Assembly (NCBI GenBank): GCA_018302335.1
Contig: JAGVZT010000046.1
Span: 1-60,743 of the forward strand
Source: Candidatus Woesearchaeota archaeon
GTDB lineage: Archaea > Nanobdellota > Nanobdellia > Woesearchaeales > JAGVZT01
DNA: 60,743 bases
Direction of reading: 5' to 3'
Both the position numbers and the translations under genes were made by a program. Of the stretch, positions 40,365 to 48,854 are shown piece after piece (position 1 is the stretch's first letter; each line of letters begins with the position of its first letter). Below the pieces are notes generated by a model. It ran no database searches, was not told where the DNA came from, and saw only the letters and a program-made list of their open reading frames with translations.

Positions 40365-41545
40365 TGCGCGACTACCTCCCGCTCGTGCTCGGCGGCATGC
40401 GGCGCCGCTCCCTGCGGAGCTGGCTCACCGTGCTGGGCATCGTCATAGGAGTCGCGGCCATCGTCTCCCTCATCTCCGTGAGCAACGGATTCAAGTTCGC
40501 GGTCGAGCATCAGTTCAGGCAGATGGGGCTCTCCAACATCAGGGTGGCCCCTGCGGACCTGCGCGGCCCGCCGACAGGAAACCTCGGGCTGCCCAACTCC
40601 CTCATCGACCGCCTGGAGCGGGTGAAGGGCGTCGAATACGTCAGTCCCACAGTGATGGCCATGCAGCCGGTGGAGTTCTCTGATGCAGATCGCTTCGTCT
40701 GGGTCATGGGCTATGATACCGCCCTCTCGGACAAGGGCTTCCTGGATATCGACATCGAGGTCCAGGAGGGACGGCTCTTCCGGCCCGGGGAAGGGGACAG
40801 CGCCATCATCGGGGCGAAAGTGGCGGAAGACGCCTTCCCCACCGATGTCCATCTGCGGAACACCCTCGTGCTCGGCGGACGGCATTTCAAGGTGGTGGGC
40901 ATCTTCGAGCGCACCGGCGGCGAACTGGATGAGCGCATCTACATCCCGCTGGACAGCGCGCGCGCGCTCTTCGGGGACCCGGACAGGGTGAACGTCCTCG
41001 TGGTGAAGCTTCAGGACGGCGTCTCCACGGAGGAGGGCGAGGAGCGCATCGGCAACGAGCTCTCCCGGGAGATAGAGAGCAAGGAAGTTGAAGTCTACAC
41101 TCCCGAGGACCTGCTCAGCCAGTTCTTCCAGGTGCTGGACGTGGTGCAGTTCGTCCTGGTCGGCATTGCCGCCATCTCCCTCCTCGTGGGCACGGTCGGC
41201 ATCATGAACGCGATGTTCACGGCCGTTCTGGAGCGCACCCGCGAGATAGGCGTGATGAAGGCCACCGGGGCGTCGAACACCCAGGTCATCGGGCTCTTCC
41301 TCCTGGAGTCCGGCCTGCTCGGCCTTGCCGGAGGTGCCATCGGGCTCCTCGGCGGGATGGTCTTCGCGTTCATCGTCGAGGCTGCGGTGCGCGCTGCCGG
41401 CTTCCCCTACCTGGACATCCGCGTGGAGCTTCCGGTCGTCGGCACCGCCATGGCGGTCGCCTGCATATCCGGAACCCTCGCGGGCCTCCTGCCGGCGATG
41501 CGCGCCTCGCGGCTCAGCCCGGTCGAGGCCCTGCGGTACGAGTGA
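40364..41545 (+). CDS. MacB/FtsX-like ABC permease (second copy)
   Basis: RSWLTVLGIVIGV, ERTREIGVMKA, PAMRASRLSPVEALRYE. Confidence 0.95.
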   Translation: MRDYLPLVLGGMRRRSLRSWLTVLGIVIGVAAIVSLISVSNGFKFAVEHQFRQMGLSNIRVAPADLRGPPTGNLGLPNSLIDRLERVKGVEYVSPTVMAMQPVEFSDADRFVWVMGYDTALSDKGFLDIDIEVQEGRLFRPGEGDSAIIGAKVAEDAFPTDVHLRNTLVLGGRHFKVVGIFERTGGELDERIYIPLDSARALFGDPDRVNVLVVKLQDGVSTEEGEERIGNELSREIESKEVEVYTPEDLLSQFFQVLDVVQFVLVGIAAISLLVGTVGIMNAMFTAVLERTREIGVMKATGASNTQVIGLFLLESGLLGLAGGAIGLLGGMVFAFIVEAAVRAAGFPYLDIRVELPVVGTAMAVACISGTLAGLLPAMRASRLSPVEALRYE

Positions 41546-41671
41546 GCGGCTGCGCGACTGGCTCTGCGGAACACAGGTAATCCCCGGCCGGGATTGCCAA
41601 CTGATGTTTCGAAAGTTTGAGTTCAGCCGTCCTGGTTGCCCGTAAGTATCTCTTATGGTGGAGGCATCTTG

Positions 41672-41698
41672 CTTACATGTAAGTAATATTTATAAATA
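41672..41698 (+). promoter_or_regulatory. Palindromic operator plus TATA box of the AbiE-like cassette
   Basis: Perfect palindrome CTTACATGTAAG (41672-41683) before TTTATAAATA; extra half-site CTTACAT at 41709. Confidence 0.65.
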
Positions 41699-41718
41699 AC
41701 CCTGTATACTTACATCTC

Positions 41719-42300
41719 ATGAGAGGAGACAAACGGGAAAGAATCCTCCGCGTCATACTGAATAGCCAGGAGAGCCTCAGCAAAAATGAAATCTCCCTGA
41801 AAGCGGGGTGTACCCGGCAATGGGTCATCCTTTTCCTGAGAACTCTTGAAAAGCGCAAACTTGTGAAAGGGACGTCTCCTCTAGACCGGGCAAAGCTCCT
41901 TTGTTATTGGGCTGACTTGGCCGAAAAGCCACGTAATTTCAAGAGTTACATGGTGAAGGAACCGATGGAGCTCTTGAAGGGAGTGAAGATGGATTATGCG
42001 CTCACCACCTACATGGGAGAGAACCTGGTCCAGCATTTCCTGTTCCCTTCCAGGATAGACATCTACATTCGGGAAAAGGACATGGACAGATGGCATAAAT
42101 TGCTGACAGCGAACGGCCTATACGGGAAAGGGAATGTCAGGATTATCTTAGCCGACGAGCACGTCATGTATGGCGCAACGAAGATTCATGGCATCACAGT
42201 TGTATCGGAGCCGCAGCTTCTCATCGATCTCATGAAAGAGGGGGGTCCATGCCAAGAAGCGGCTGAGATGCTCACAAAGAGGATATCACATGTACGCTGA
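41719..42300 (+). CDS. wHTH plus AbiEi-like antitoxin/regulator (type IV TA)
   Basis: N-terminal HTH, YALT, DIYI, GNVRI, VSEPQLLIDL motifs; lower GC than flanks. Confidence 0.72.
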   Translation: MRGDKRERILRVILNSQESLSKNEISLKAGCTRQWVILFLRTLEKRKLVKGTSPLDRAKLLCYWADLAEKPRNFKSYMVKEPMELLKGVKMDYALTTYMGENLVQHFLFPSRIDIYIREKDMDRWHKLLTANGLYGKGNVRIILADEHVMYGATKIHGITVVSEPQLLIDLMKEGGPCQEAAEMLTKRISHVR

Positions 42301-43060
42301 CTTCGAGACACGGACTTCCTTCCGGTATCTCAGGGAAGTGATACGGGGCCTGAACGACCCAATCTGCATACTCGGAGGCTGGGCGGTTTATTTCCATGTG
42401 AATGAAAGATTCGAGAGAGGGCAGGGAAGGCCGTATCTCGGCAGCAGGGATATCGACCTCGGTTTCTCCATGTCAGGGGACATGAAGGAGTCAGCGCTTG
42501 CCAAGGCTATCATCATACTGAGGGATACACTTGGATTCCGGCCGCTGAGCTTCCGGTTCTTCAAGGAGATTCATACCGAGACCGGAGAAGAAATCCGGAA
42601 AGGGGAGATTGTCCCGTCCTACTACATATTTCCTATGTACGTCGATGTCATAGTGGATACTATACCTGCTGGCTTCAGGAAGGTCTTCGGATTCGACCCT
42701 ATCGATGAGTCTCTGCTCACCCAGGTCTTTGAGAAGAAGGAATATCTCTCCGTGAAAGTGTTTGGCAGGAGAATCCTGCTTCCGAAGCCGGAGCTCCTGC
42801 TGGCAATGAAGGTACATTCCCTTCCGAATAGGGACAAGGAACATAAGCAGGTCAAGGATATCTGTGACGCATTTGCCCTCGCATGGTACACAGGTATCAG
42901 GCTGGACAAGCTCAGTCTCGCAGAGTACCTACCGAAGAAGGATTTCGGCAGATGCCTCAAGGCGATAAGCAGAGAGCGCATCGAGAAAGCATCGGCTTTG
43001 GTAGGCCACGAGCCGGAAGAGATAACGCGGATTCTGAACTTCGTGTGCGAAAAAAAGTGA
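42290..43060 (+). CDS. AbiEii-like nucleotidyltransferase toxin
   Basis: ILGGWAV, SRDIDL, LLAMK, KDICD; overlaps the upstream regulator. Confidence 0.78.
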   Translation: MYADFETRTSFRYLREVIRGLNDPICILGGWAVYFHVNERFERGQGRPYLGSRDIDLGFSMSGDMKESALAKAIIILRDTLGFRPLSFRFFKEIHTETGEEIRKGEIVPSYYIFPMYVDVIVDTIPAGFRKVFGFDPIDESLLTQVFEKKEYLSVKVFGRRILLPKPELLLAMKVHSLPNRDKEHKQVKDICDAFALAWYTGIRLDKLSLAEYLPKKDFGRCLKAISRERIEKASALVGHEPEEITRILNFVCEKK

Positions 43061-43106
43061 CGAAAGGCAGTTATGCCCTTCTTTGTAAGAAAAACTCTTG
43101 ATGCCC

Positions 43107-43174
43107 CGGCCGGGATGCCGTACGGTATCCGGCTTGTCTCGCAGGAATCCCGGAGATGTTCCATGGCACGGCCG
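43107..43174 (-). repeat. Dispersed palindromic repeat copy
   Basis: Reverse complement CGGCCG...GCGAGACAAGCCGGA..GTACGGCATCCCGGCCG. Confidence 0.72.
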
Positions 43175-43232
43175 ACGTGCGCTCCACTCGGGAGATGGCA
43201 GCTTTATAAGGAGCGCTCCACTCCCTTCCTCC

Positions 43233-43967
43233 ATGCCGGAGGAAGTCCTCTTCGCAGGCAAGACCTTCACGGTACCTGACCCCAGGCACACCGCGGTGCT
43301 TCCAGGCCAGCTCGGCTACGAGAAGCGAGACCTCATCAGGCTCCTCGGCGAGCATCTCTCCCCTGATTTCACCGTGCTGGACGCCTATGCCGGGGTGGGG
43401 ATAGGGACCTACCTCTACCTCCGGGCGGGCGCATCCTGCCTTGCCGTGGAGAAGGACGCAGAGATGTTCGCATGCCTTGAGCGCAACCTTCGAGGCGAAC
43501 GGGCAGTCCTGCGGGAACAGGACAACAGGCGCACCCTTGAGGAGCTTCTCGGTCGCGGCGCTGCCTTCGATGTCATCGACCTCGACGCTCCCGGGGATTT
43601 CCATGAGCAGCTGGCGATGTCATTCCGACTCATGGATAGCGGGTATCTCTGGCTTACGACCTGCGAGTACATGCATATCCAACGGAATCTCAACAGGAGC
43701 ACCCTTGAGCGCCGCTACGGGGCCGGGATTGAGGAGCTCTACCTCACCAGGGACAGGTACGCCTTCCAGGAGATGGTCTCCAGGCACGTGGAGGCCATCG
43801 GAAGCACCGCAGGCCATGAAGTGCAGCTGGTGCACCATGCCATCGGCCGCACCGCGGTGCGCCTGCTGTTCTCCGTGGACACGACGGTCCCGCGTGGACT
43901 TACTGATGAGCTTTCGGCGAGGGAGCGCTATTTCGGCCCGCGCCGGACGGGACAAGCCCCTTCATGA
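43233..43967 (+). CDS. Class I SAM-dependent methyltransferase (Trm1-like motifs, short)
   Basis: VLDAYAGVG, AVEKD, FDVIDLDAPG, GYLWLTT. Confidence 0.75.
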   Translation: MPEEVLFAGKTFTVPDPRHTAVLPGQLGYEKRDLIRLLGEHLSPDFTVLDAYAGVGIGTYLYLRAGASCLAVEKDAEMFACLERNLRGERAVLREQDNRRTLEELLGRGAAFDVIDLDAPGDFHEQLAMSFRLMDSGYLWLTTCEYMHIQRNLNRSTLERRYGAGIEELYLTRDRYAFQEMVSRHVEAIGSTAGHEVQLVHHAIGRTAVRLLFSVDTTVPRGLTDELSARERYFGPRRTGQAPS

Positions 43968-44403
43968 GCTTCTTCACGCGCTCCTGGCTCCAGGTGGTGT
44001 CGCACTGCAGCAGGGAGTCGCACTGCGGGCAGTAGTGCGGGATTTTGACCAGGTCAGCGAGGCGCATCACCGTCTCCGCGGAGAAGGTGTGCTCCAGCTC
44101 GCAGACCTCCTGGTGGATGCCGTTCGCGTCGCGGCCAAGGGTCTCGGTGAGGAAGAGCGCGATGACCATGTACTTGTACGCGACCATCCGCGCCTGTTGT
44201 TCGCCATCCTTGGTGAGCGCGAGCGTCCCGTAGCGCTCGTGAGAGAGCATTCCTGCCTTGGCGAGCCTGCGGACCATCTCGGAGACGCTTCCGGCGCGGA
44301 CATGGAGGTACTTCGCCAGGGCCTGTGCGCGCACCGGATGATGGCCTGCCTTCTGCAGGAAGAAGACTCCGCGCAGGTAGTTCTCCTCTGCCTGGGTGAG
44401 CAT
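43900..44403 (-). CDS. DtxR/MntR-family metal-dependent regulator
   Basis: EENYL, LAKYL.V..GSVSEMVRRL, LTKDG, VCELEH, C-terminal CPQC. Confidence 0.9.
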   Translation of the reverse strand: MLTQAEENYLRGVFFLQKAGHHPVRAQALAKYLHVRAGSVSEMVRRLAKAGMLSHERYGTLALTKDGEQQARMVAYKYMVIALFLTETLGRDANGIHQEVCELEHTFSAETVMRLADLVKIPHYCPQCDSLLQCDTTWSQERVKKLMKGLVPSGAGRNSAPSPKAHQ

Positions 44404-44452
44404 GAGGGAAGAGGCTGTTCAGCGCCATTTAAAGCTAACGCCGCGCTTTCCT

Positions 44453-44514
44453 GAACCGCGGTGCCGTAGTTCCGCATTGTCTCGCTGGCATGCCGGAAAT
44501 TCTCAGCACGGCCG
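44453..44514 (-). repeat. Dispersed palindromic repeat copy
   Basis: Reverse complement CGGCCG.GCTGAGAATTTCCGG..GCGAGACAATGCGGAACTACGGCA. Confidence 0.7.
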
Positions 44515-44555
44515 ATGTCCACGTAACTAGAAGAAAAGAAAAGAAGCAGGCCGAC

Positions 44556-44612
44556 TTACTCGTCGGTGTCGAAGTCGTCGTCGTTGTCGTCCCAGTCGTC
44601 GTCCCAGCGCAT
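44556..44612 (-). CDS. 18-aa acidic micropeptide MRWDDDWDDNDDDFDTDE
   Basis: GGAGGT Shine-Dalgarno, upstream AAAAGCTTAATA box, downstream T-rich tract. Confidence 0.55.
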   Translation of the reverse strand: MRWDDDWDDNDDDFDTDE

Positions 44613-44765
44613 GGTGGTGACCTCCTCGCCCGCTTGGGGCGCACGCGGTTGAGCCAAGCCTCCTATTAAGCTTTTCCCCCAAAAAACCGGAAAAGTGTAC
44701 ATTTCCCAGGAAAAGTATTCGGTATGCCCGTAAAGCTCAACTGCCCCGGCAGCGCTGGAGAGAGC

Positions 44766-46511
44766 ATGCCTCGCATCGCCCTCTGCCAGACGAATCCGGT
44801 GACCGGAGACCTCGAGGGCAACGTGCGTCAGATTCTCCGCGACATCGAGCGCGCAAGACGCTCCGGAGCGGAGATAGCCCTCTTCCCGGAGGCTGCCATC
44901 ACCGGGTACTGCTGCGGGGCGCTCTTCGAGCAGGAGCGCTTCATCCGCGACAATCTCGCTGCTTTGGACGACATCGCTGCCGCTGTCCCCCAGGATATGC
45001 TCGCAGTGGTTGGTTTCGTGGATTGCCGCGGCAGGGAGAAATCCGGGGCGCTGCGGCTGACGAGCAGCGCCGCGCTCCTCCAGGGAGGCCGTAGCATCGG
45101 GGCCTACGATAAGATGCTGCTCGCGAACGAGGCCCATCACGAGGACCGGAAATACTTCACCCCGGGCGATGCCGCGAAGGTCTTCGAAGTGATGCTTCCG
45201 TCCGGACCGATTCGCGTGGGGACTCCCATCTGCGAGGACGCCTGGGCGCACCAACACGAGCGCGACGTCATCGCGGAGATGGTCGCTGGAGGCGCTGAAC
45301 TCATCCTCTGCCTCAACCAGAGCTATTTCCACCACGGGAAGCAGCAGCTGCGTAGGGAACTCTTCGGCACCCATGCGGCCCACAAGGGGGTTCCCGTTGC
45401 CGCGGTGAACGCCTCGGGCGTCGGAGACATCGTGAAGAACATCATGCTCTACGACGGTGGGAGCCTCGCGTTCAACGCCCAAGGAGAGCAGCTCGCGGAG
45501 CTCGCGAGGTTCGCTCCGGACTTCAGTGTCATCTCGCTGGACGGGCCGGCAGTGCGACCAAGAGAGCGGGGGAAAGAGGAGGAGTTGCATGATGCGCTGC
45601 TCTTCGCCCAGCGGGAAGTCTTCCGGTGCCTGGGCATCCCGAACGCCCAGGTGCACCTCTCCGGGGGAGTGGACAGCGCCTTGGTCGCCGCGCTCGTGGC
45701 CGAGGCGATGGGCCCTGAGCATACTGTGCTCATCAGCAATCCGACCGAGGACAATGGCCCGGAGCTGCGGGCGATGGCGCAGGCAATCGCTGACAATCTC
45801 ACTCTGCCGCTGCATTGGAACGACAGCCAGGCGGCGTACGAAAGCATCGTCCGCGCGCATACTGCTGCGTTCGGCGCTGCTCCCTCGCCCAAAGGCAGGG
45901 GATGCATCGAAGCCGTGCTCCGCACCGCCCAGGGGGTCGGGGCGTACCATCACTTCCGCTCGGGCATCGTCGCGACAGGCAACCATACCGAGATTGTCGA
46001 AGGCTGGGCGACATTCCACGACATCGGCTCCATCGGGGTGCACGCCCTCATCGGCGACCTGACCAAGACCGAGGTGTACGCGCTCGCGCGATACGTCAAC
46101 CAGCGCGCAGGGCACGAGATTATTCCCGCGCAGCTGTTCGACGGCAGGATCCGCCCTGCAGCAGAGCTTGCCGATGCCAACGAGGACCCGCTGGACTACT
46201 TTGTCCGCGCAGGAATCTGCGCGGAGCTGGTCCGCTGCGGCAGGCATCCGGACGATATCATCGAGCGCTTCCGCAGGAAGGAACTGGACCCGCAGCTCTT
46301 CCCGGAGGACTGGAGCGGCCGCAGCGTCTACCGACACACGGAGGAAGAGTTCTCGGCCGAGGTATGGGAGGCTTTCCGCAACGCCAAGGCGAGCGTCTTC
46401 AAGTCTGCGCAGGGCGCGCCGGTGGTGCTCGTCTCCCCGAGAAGCCGCGGCTTCTCCTCGCGGGAGACCGTCATCAATCACTATAGCGGTGGCTACCGGA
46501 GGCGCTCGTGA
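44766..46511 (+). CDS. nadE: Glutamine-dependent NAD+ synthetase (nitrilase plus synthetase domains), divergent
   Basis: Nitrilase triad FPE / YDK / ICED; LSGGVDS P-loop, ATGNHTE, IGDLTKTEVY, PAAEL. Confidence 0.88.
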   Translation: MPRIALCQTNPVTGDLEGNVRQILRDIERARRSGAEIALFPEAAITGYCCGALFEQERFIRDNLAALDDIAAAVPQDMLAVVGFVDCRGREKSGALRLTSSAALLQGGRSIGAYDKMLLANEAHHEDRKYFTPGDAAKVFEVMLPSGPIRVGTPICEDAWAHQHERDVIAEMVAGGAELILCLNQSYFHHGKQQLRRELFGTHAAHKGVPVAAVNASGVGDIVKNIMLYDGGSLAFNAQGEQLAELARFAPDFSVISLDGPAVRPRERGKEEELHDALLFAQREVFRCLGIPNAQVHLSGGVDSALVAALVAEAMGPEHTVLISNPTEDNGPELRAMAQAIADNLTLPLHWNDSQAAYESIVRAHTAAFGAAPSPKGRGCIEAVLRTAQGVGAYHHFRSGIVATGNHTEIVEGWATFHDIGSIGVHALIGDLTKTEVYALARYVNQRAGHEIIPAQLFDGRIRPAAELADANEDPLDYFVRAGICAELVRCGRHPDDIIERFRRKELDPQLFPEDWSGRSVYRHTEEEFSAEVWEAFRNAKASVFKSAQGAPVVLVSPRSRGFSSRETVINHYSGGYRRRS

Positions 46512-47128
46512 TGGACCTTGGCGTCGTGGGGGTCATCGGACGGTGGAAGCCGCTGCACAACGGCGGCGCGCTCATGCTGGACACCCTCTGCGCAAGGGCA
46601 GATCTCGTCAAGCTCGGCATCGGGAGCGCGAACCGCTACGATGCGAGAAATCCGTTTACCGCAGAGGAGAGCGAGGGGATGCTCCGCGCCTATCTCAAGC
46701 CTGAATGCAACTGCGAATTCATCCACGTGCCGGACTTCGGCCATCTGCCCGAGCACGCGGACGGACAGCGGTGGCGCGAGGAAGTCCTCCGTCTGTACGG
46801 TGAGCTGGACTGCTTCGTCTCCGGGAACGCCTATGTCCGGGAGCTCCTCAAGGACGATTACCGTGTCATCCATCCCGCGGAACTCATCCCGAAGGAGGAG
46901 CAGCTCTGGCTGCGCGCGGCCCAGGTCCGGGTGGAGATGGCGCGCTCCGGCCCGTGGGAATCGCTGGTGCCGGAGGAGGTCTCGCGCTACATCACGTCCG
47001 CCCGGCTGGACGAGCGCTTCCGCAGCGAGTTCGGGCTCCAGACGCTCGGGGAGCTGGTCAGCGACGCCTACCTACGAGGAGAAAGTAGCGAGCAGGAACG
47101 CTCACATATCGGAGGGGAGACACCATGA
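46508..47128 (+). CDS. NMN/NaMN adenylyltransferase-like (NadM) protein
   Basis: IGRWKPLHNGG, GIGSAN...NPFTAEE, WESLVP. Confidence 0.8.
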   Translation: MMDLGVVGVIGRWKPLHNGGALMLDTLCARADLVKLGIGSANRYDARNPFTAEESEGMLRAYLKPECNCEFIHVPDFGHLPEHADGQRWREEVLRLYGELDCFVSGNAYVRELLKDDYRVIHPAELIPKEEQLWLRAAQVRVEMARSGPWESLVPEEVSRYITSARLDERFRSEFGLQTLGELVSDAYLRGESSEQERSHIGGETP

Positions 47129-47886
47129 AGATAGGGAACTACAAGGTCATACGGCAGATTGGCGAGGGAGGCTTCGCGCGGACGTACGAGGCGGAGCATC
47201 TCGTGCTGGGCAAGAGAGCCTGCCTCAAGCAGAATCTCTCCCTCTCCGACCTCGATGCCGAGGTGCTCAAGGAAGAAGCCGCCCTGCTCTGGGACGTGCA
47301 CCACCACTCCCTGCCGCAGATGAAGGACTTCTTCCGCGCTCCGGACGGGAGCTGCATCCTGGTGATGGACTTTGTCGAGGGCAGGAACCTTGAGGAGCTG
47401 GTCGGCGCGAAGGGCCCCCTACATCCGGAGGACGCGAGCTGGGTGATGCAGCGCCTGCTCCAGGCCTTGCACTACCTGCACAGCAAGGGCATCGTGCATT
47501 CCGACGTGAAACCCCAGAACATCATCGTCCAGCCGAAGCAGCACAATGCGGTGCTCGTGGACTACGGCCTCTCGTCATTCCGGCCTTCGGGGGACACCCG
47601 GCCGCTGGGTTACACCGAGGCATGGGCGGCCCCGGAGCTGCTGCTCGGCAAGCCTCCCCTGCCGGAGAGCGACCTCTACGGCGCGGGGATGGCGCTGCTC
47701 TATGCCCTGGGAGGGGATATCCTCACGAAGAGCATCCCCGACAGCGTGCCCGCTCCGTTGCGGGAGTTCTGCGAATCGCTCCTGAAATACGACGCGAAGG
47801 AGCGGCCGCGCTGGGAGAGCGTGGACCTGGTGAAGAGACTCTCGGATATCAGACAAGAGGCCTTCGGGAGAAGGCACACGAGGTGA
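47125..47886 (+). CDS. Hanks-type Ser/Thr protein kinase (cytoplasmic, kinase domain only)
   Basis: GEGGFA, ACLK, HSDVKPQN, DYG, APE, SDLYGAG. Confidence 0.95.
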   Translation: MKIGNYKVIRQIGEGGFARTYEAEHLVLGKRACLKQNLSLSDLDAEVLKEEAALLWDVHHHSLPQMKDFFRAPDGSCILVMDFVEGRNLEELVGAKGPLHPEDASWVMQRLLQALHYLHSKGIVHSDVKPQNIIVQPKQHNAVLVDYGLSSFRPSGDTRPLGYTEAWAAPELLLGKPPLPESDLYGAGMALLYALGGDILTKSIPDSVPAPLREFCESLLKYDAKERPRWESVDLVKRLSDIRQEAFGRRHTR

Positions 47887-47891
47887 GGGAG

Positions 47892-48854
47892 ATGTACAGC
47901 TGGGGAGACGACACATCGACATGGACAGGACCGGGCAGCTACGACTACGGCTCCGCGCGGCGCGCGTATCTGGACTCGCTGGCGAAAGCCGGTCCGCGGA
48001 CGTACGCGGCGAGGAGCGAGCCGGACATGAAACTCGTGGCTCCGCAGAAGACCATCCGCTCGGAGAGCAAGAATCCCGTGGTCATCGCGGTCGATGTCAC
48101 GGGAAGCATGGCGCACTGGCCCGCGGAGATCTTCGACCGGCTGCCCCTGCTCTACCAGACCCTGACGAAATACCAGCCGGACGTCGAGTTCTGCTTTGCC
48201 GCGATAGGGGACGCGAGCTGCGATGCCTATCCCCTGCAGGTCAACGACTTTGCCAAGGAGACGGACCTCGACGCGAAGCTCAAAGCGCTCTGCGCCGAGG
48301 GCGGCGGAGGAGGGCAGCACTTCGAGAGCTATGAGCTCTTCGCGCAGCACATGGCATCCAGGTGCGAGACGCCCAACGCGACGTCGCCTTTTCTCATCGT
48401 CTTCGGGGACGAGGGATTCTACCCCAAGGTCAACCCGGACCAGGCTGCGCACTATCTCGGAGCAGGGCTGGAGGCCGAGGTCGATTCCCAGGAGCTCTGG
48501 CAGAGCCTGCTCCAGAAGTTCGACGTGTATCACCTGCACAAGGAATACGCGGACCTGCGCCTGGACAAGGAGATTGTCTCCCAGTGGCAGTCCGCGCTGG
48601 GAAAGCAGCGCGTCATCCCCCTCTTCGAGGCGGAGCGTGCGGTGGACGTCGCGATGGGGCTCATCGCGAAGCGCTGGGGCCACTTCGGGGACTTCGAGGA
48701 CAATCTCAGCGCCCGGCACGACGCTTCGGAATCGGCCTCCGTGTACGCATCCCTGCGCCACGTCCCCGCTGCGACAACGGACGGCAAGAGCGCCATGACG
48801 CGCACGGGCACGGCAGGGAAGAGCACGGCGCTGGACGGTGAGGACGATGCCTGA
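47892..48854 (+). CDS. vWA-domain protein
   Basis: MIDAS DVTGSM, AIGD, EGGGG, ESYEL, FGDE; GAGGTGA RBS. Confidence 0.88.
   Translation: MYSWGDDTSTWTGPGSYDYGSARRAYLDSLAKAGPRTYAARSEPDMKLVAPQKTIRSESKNPVVIAVDVTGSMAHWPAEIFDRLPLLYQTLTKYQPDVEFCFAAIGDASCDAYPLQVNDFAKETDLDAKLKALCAEGGGGGQHFESYELFAQHMASRCETPNATSPFLIVFGDEGFYPKVNPDQAAHYLGAGLEAEVDSQELWQSLLQKFDVYHLHKEYADLRLDKEIVSQWQSALGKQRVIPLFEAERAVDVAMGLIAKRWGHFGDFEDNLSARHDASESASVYASLRHVPAATTDGKSAMTRTGTAGKSTALDGEDDA

Noticed and set aside
37254-41545. ABC ATPase, S-layer-domain protein and two permeases as a new system
   Set aside because: A common archaeal MacB/LolCDE-like arrangement with COG1361 proteins.
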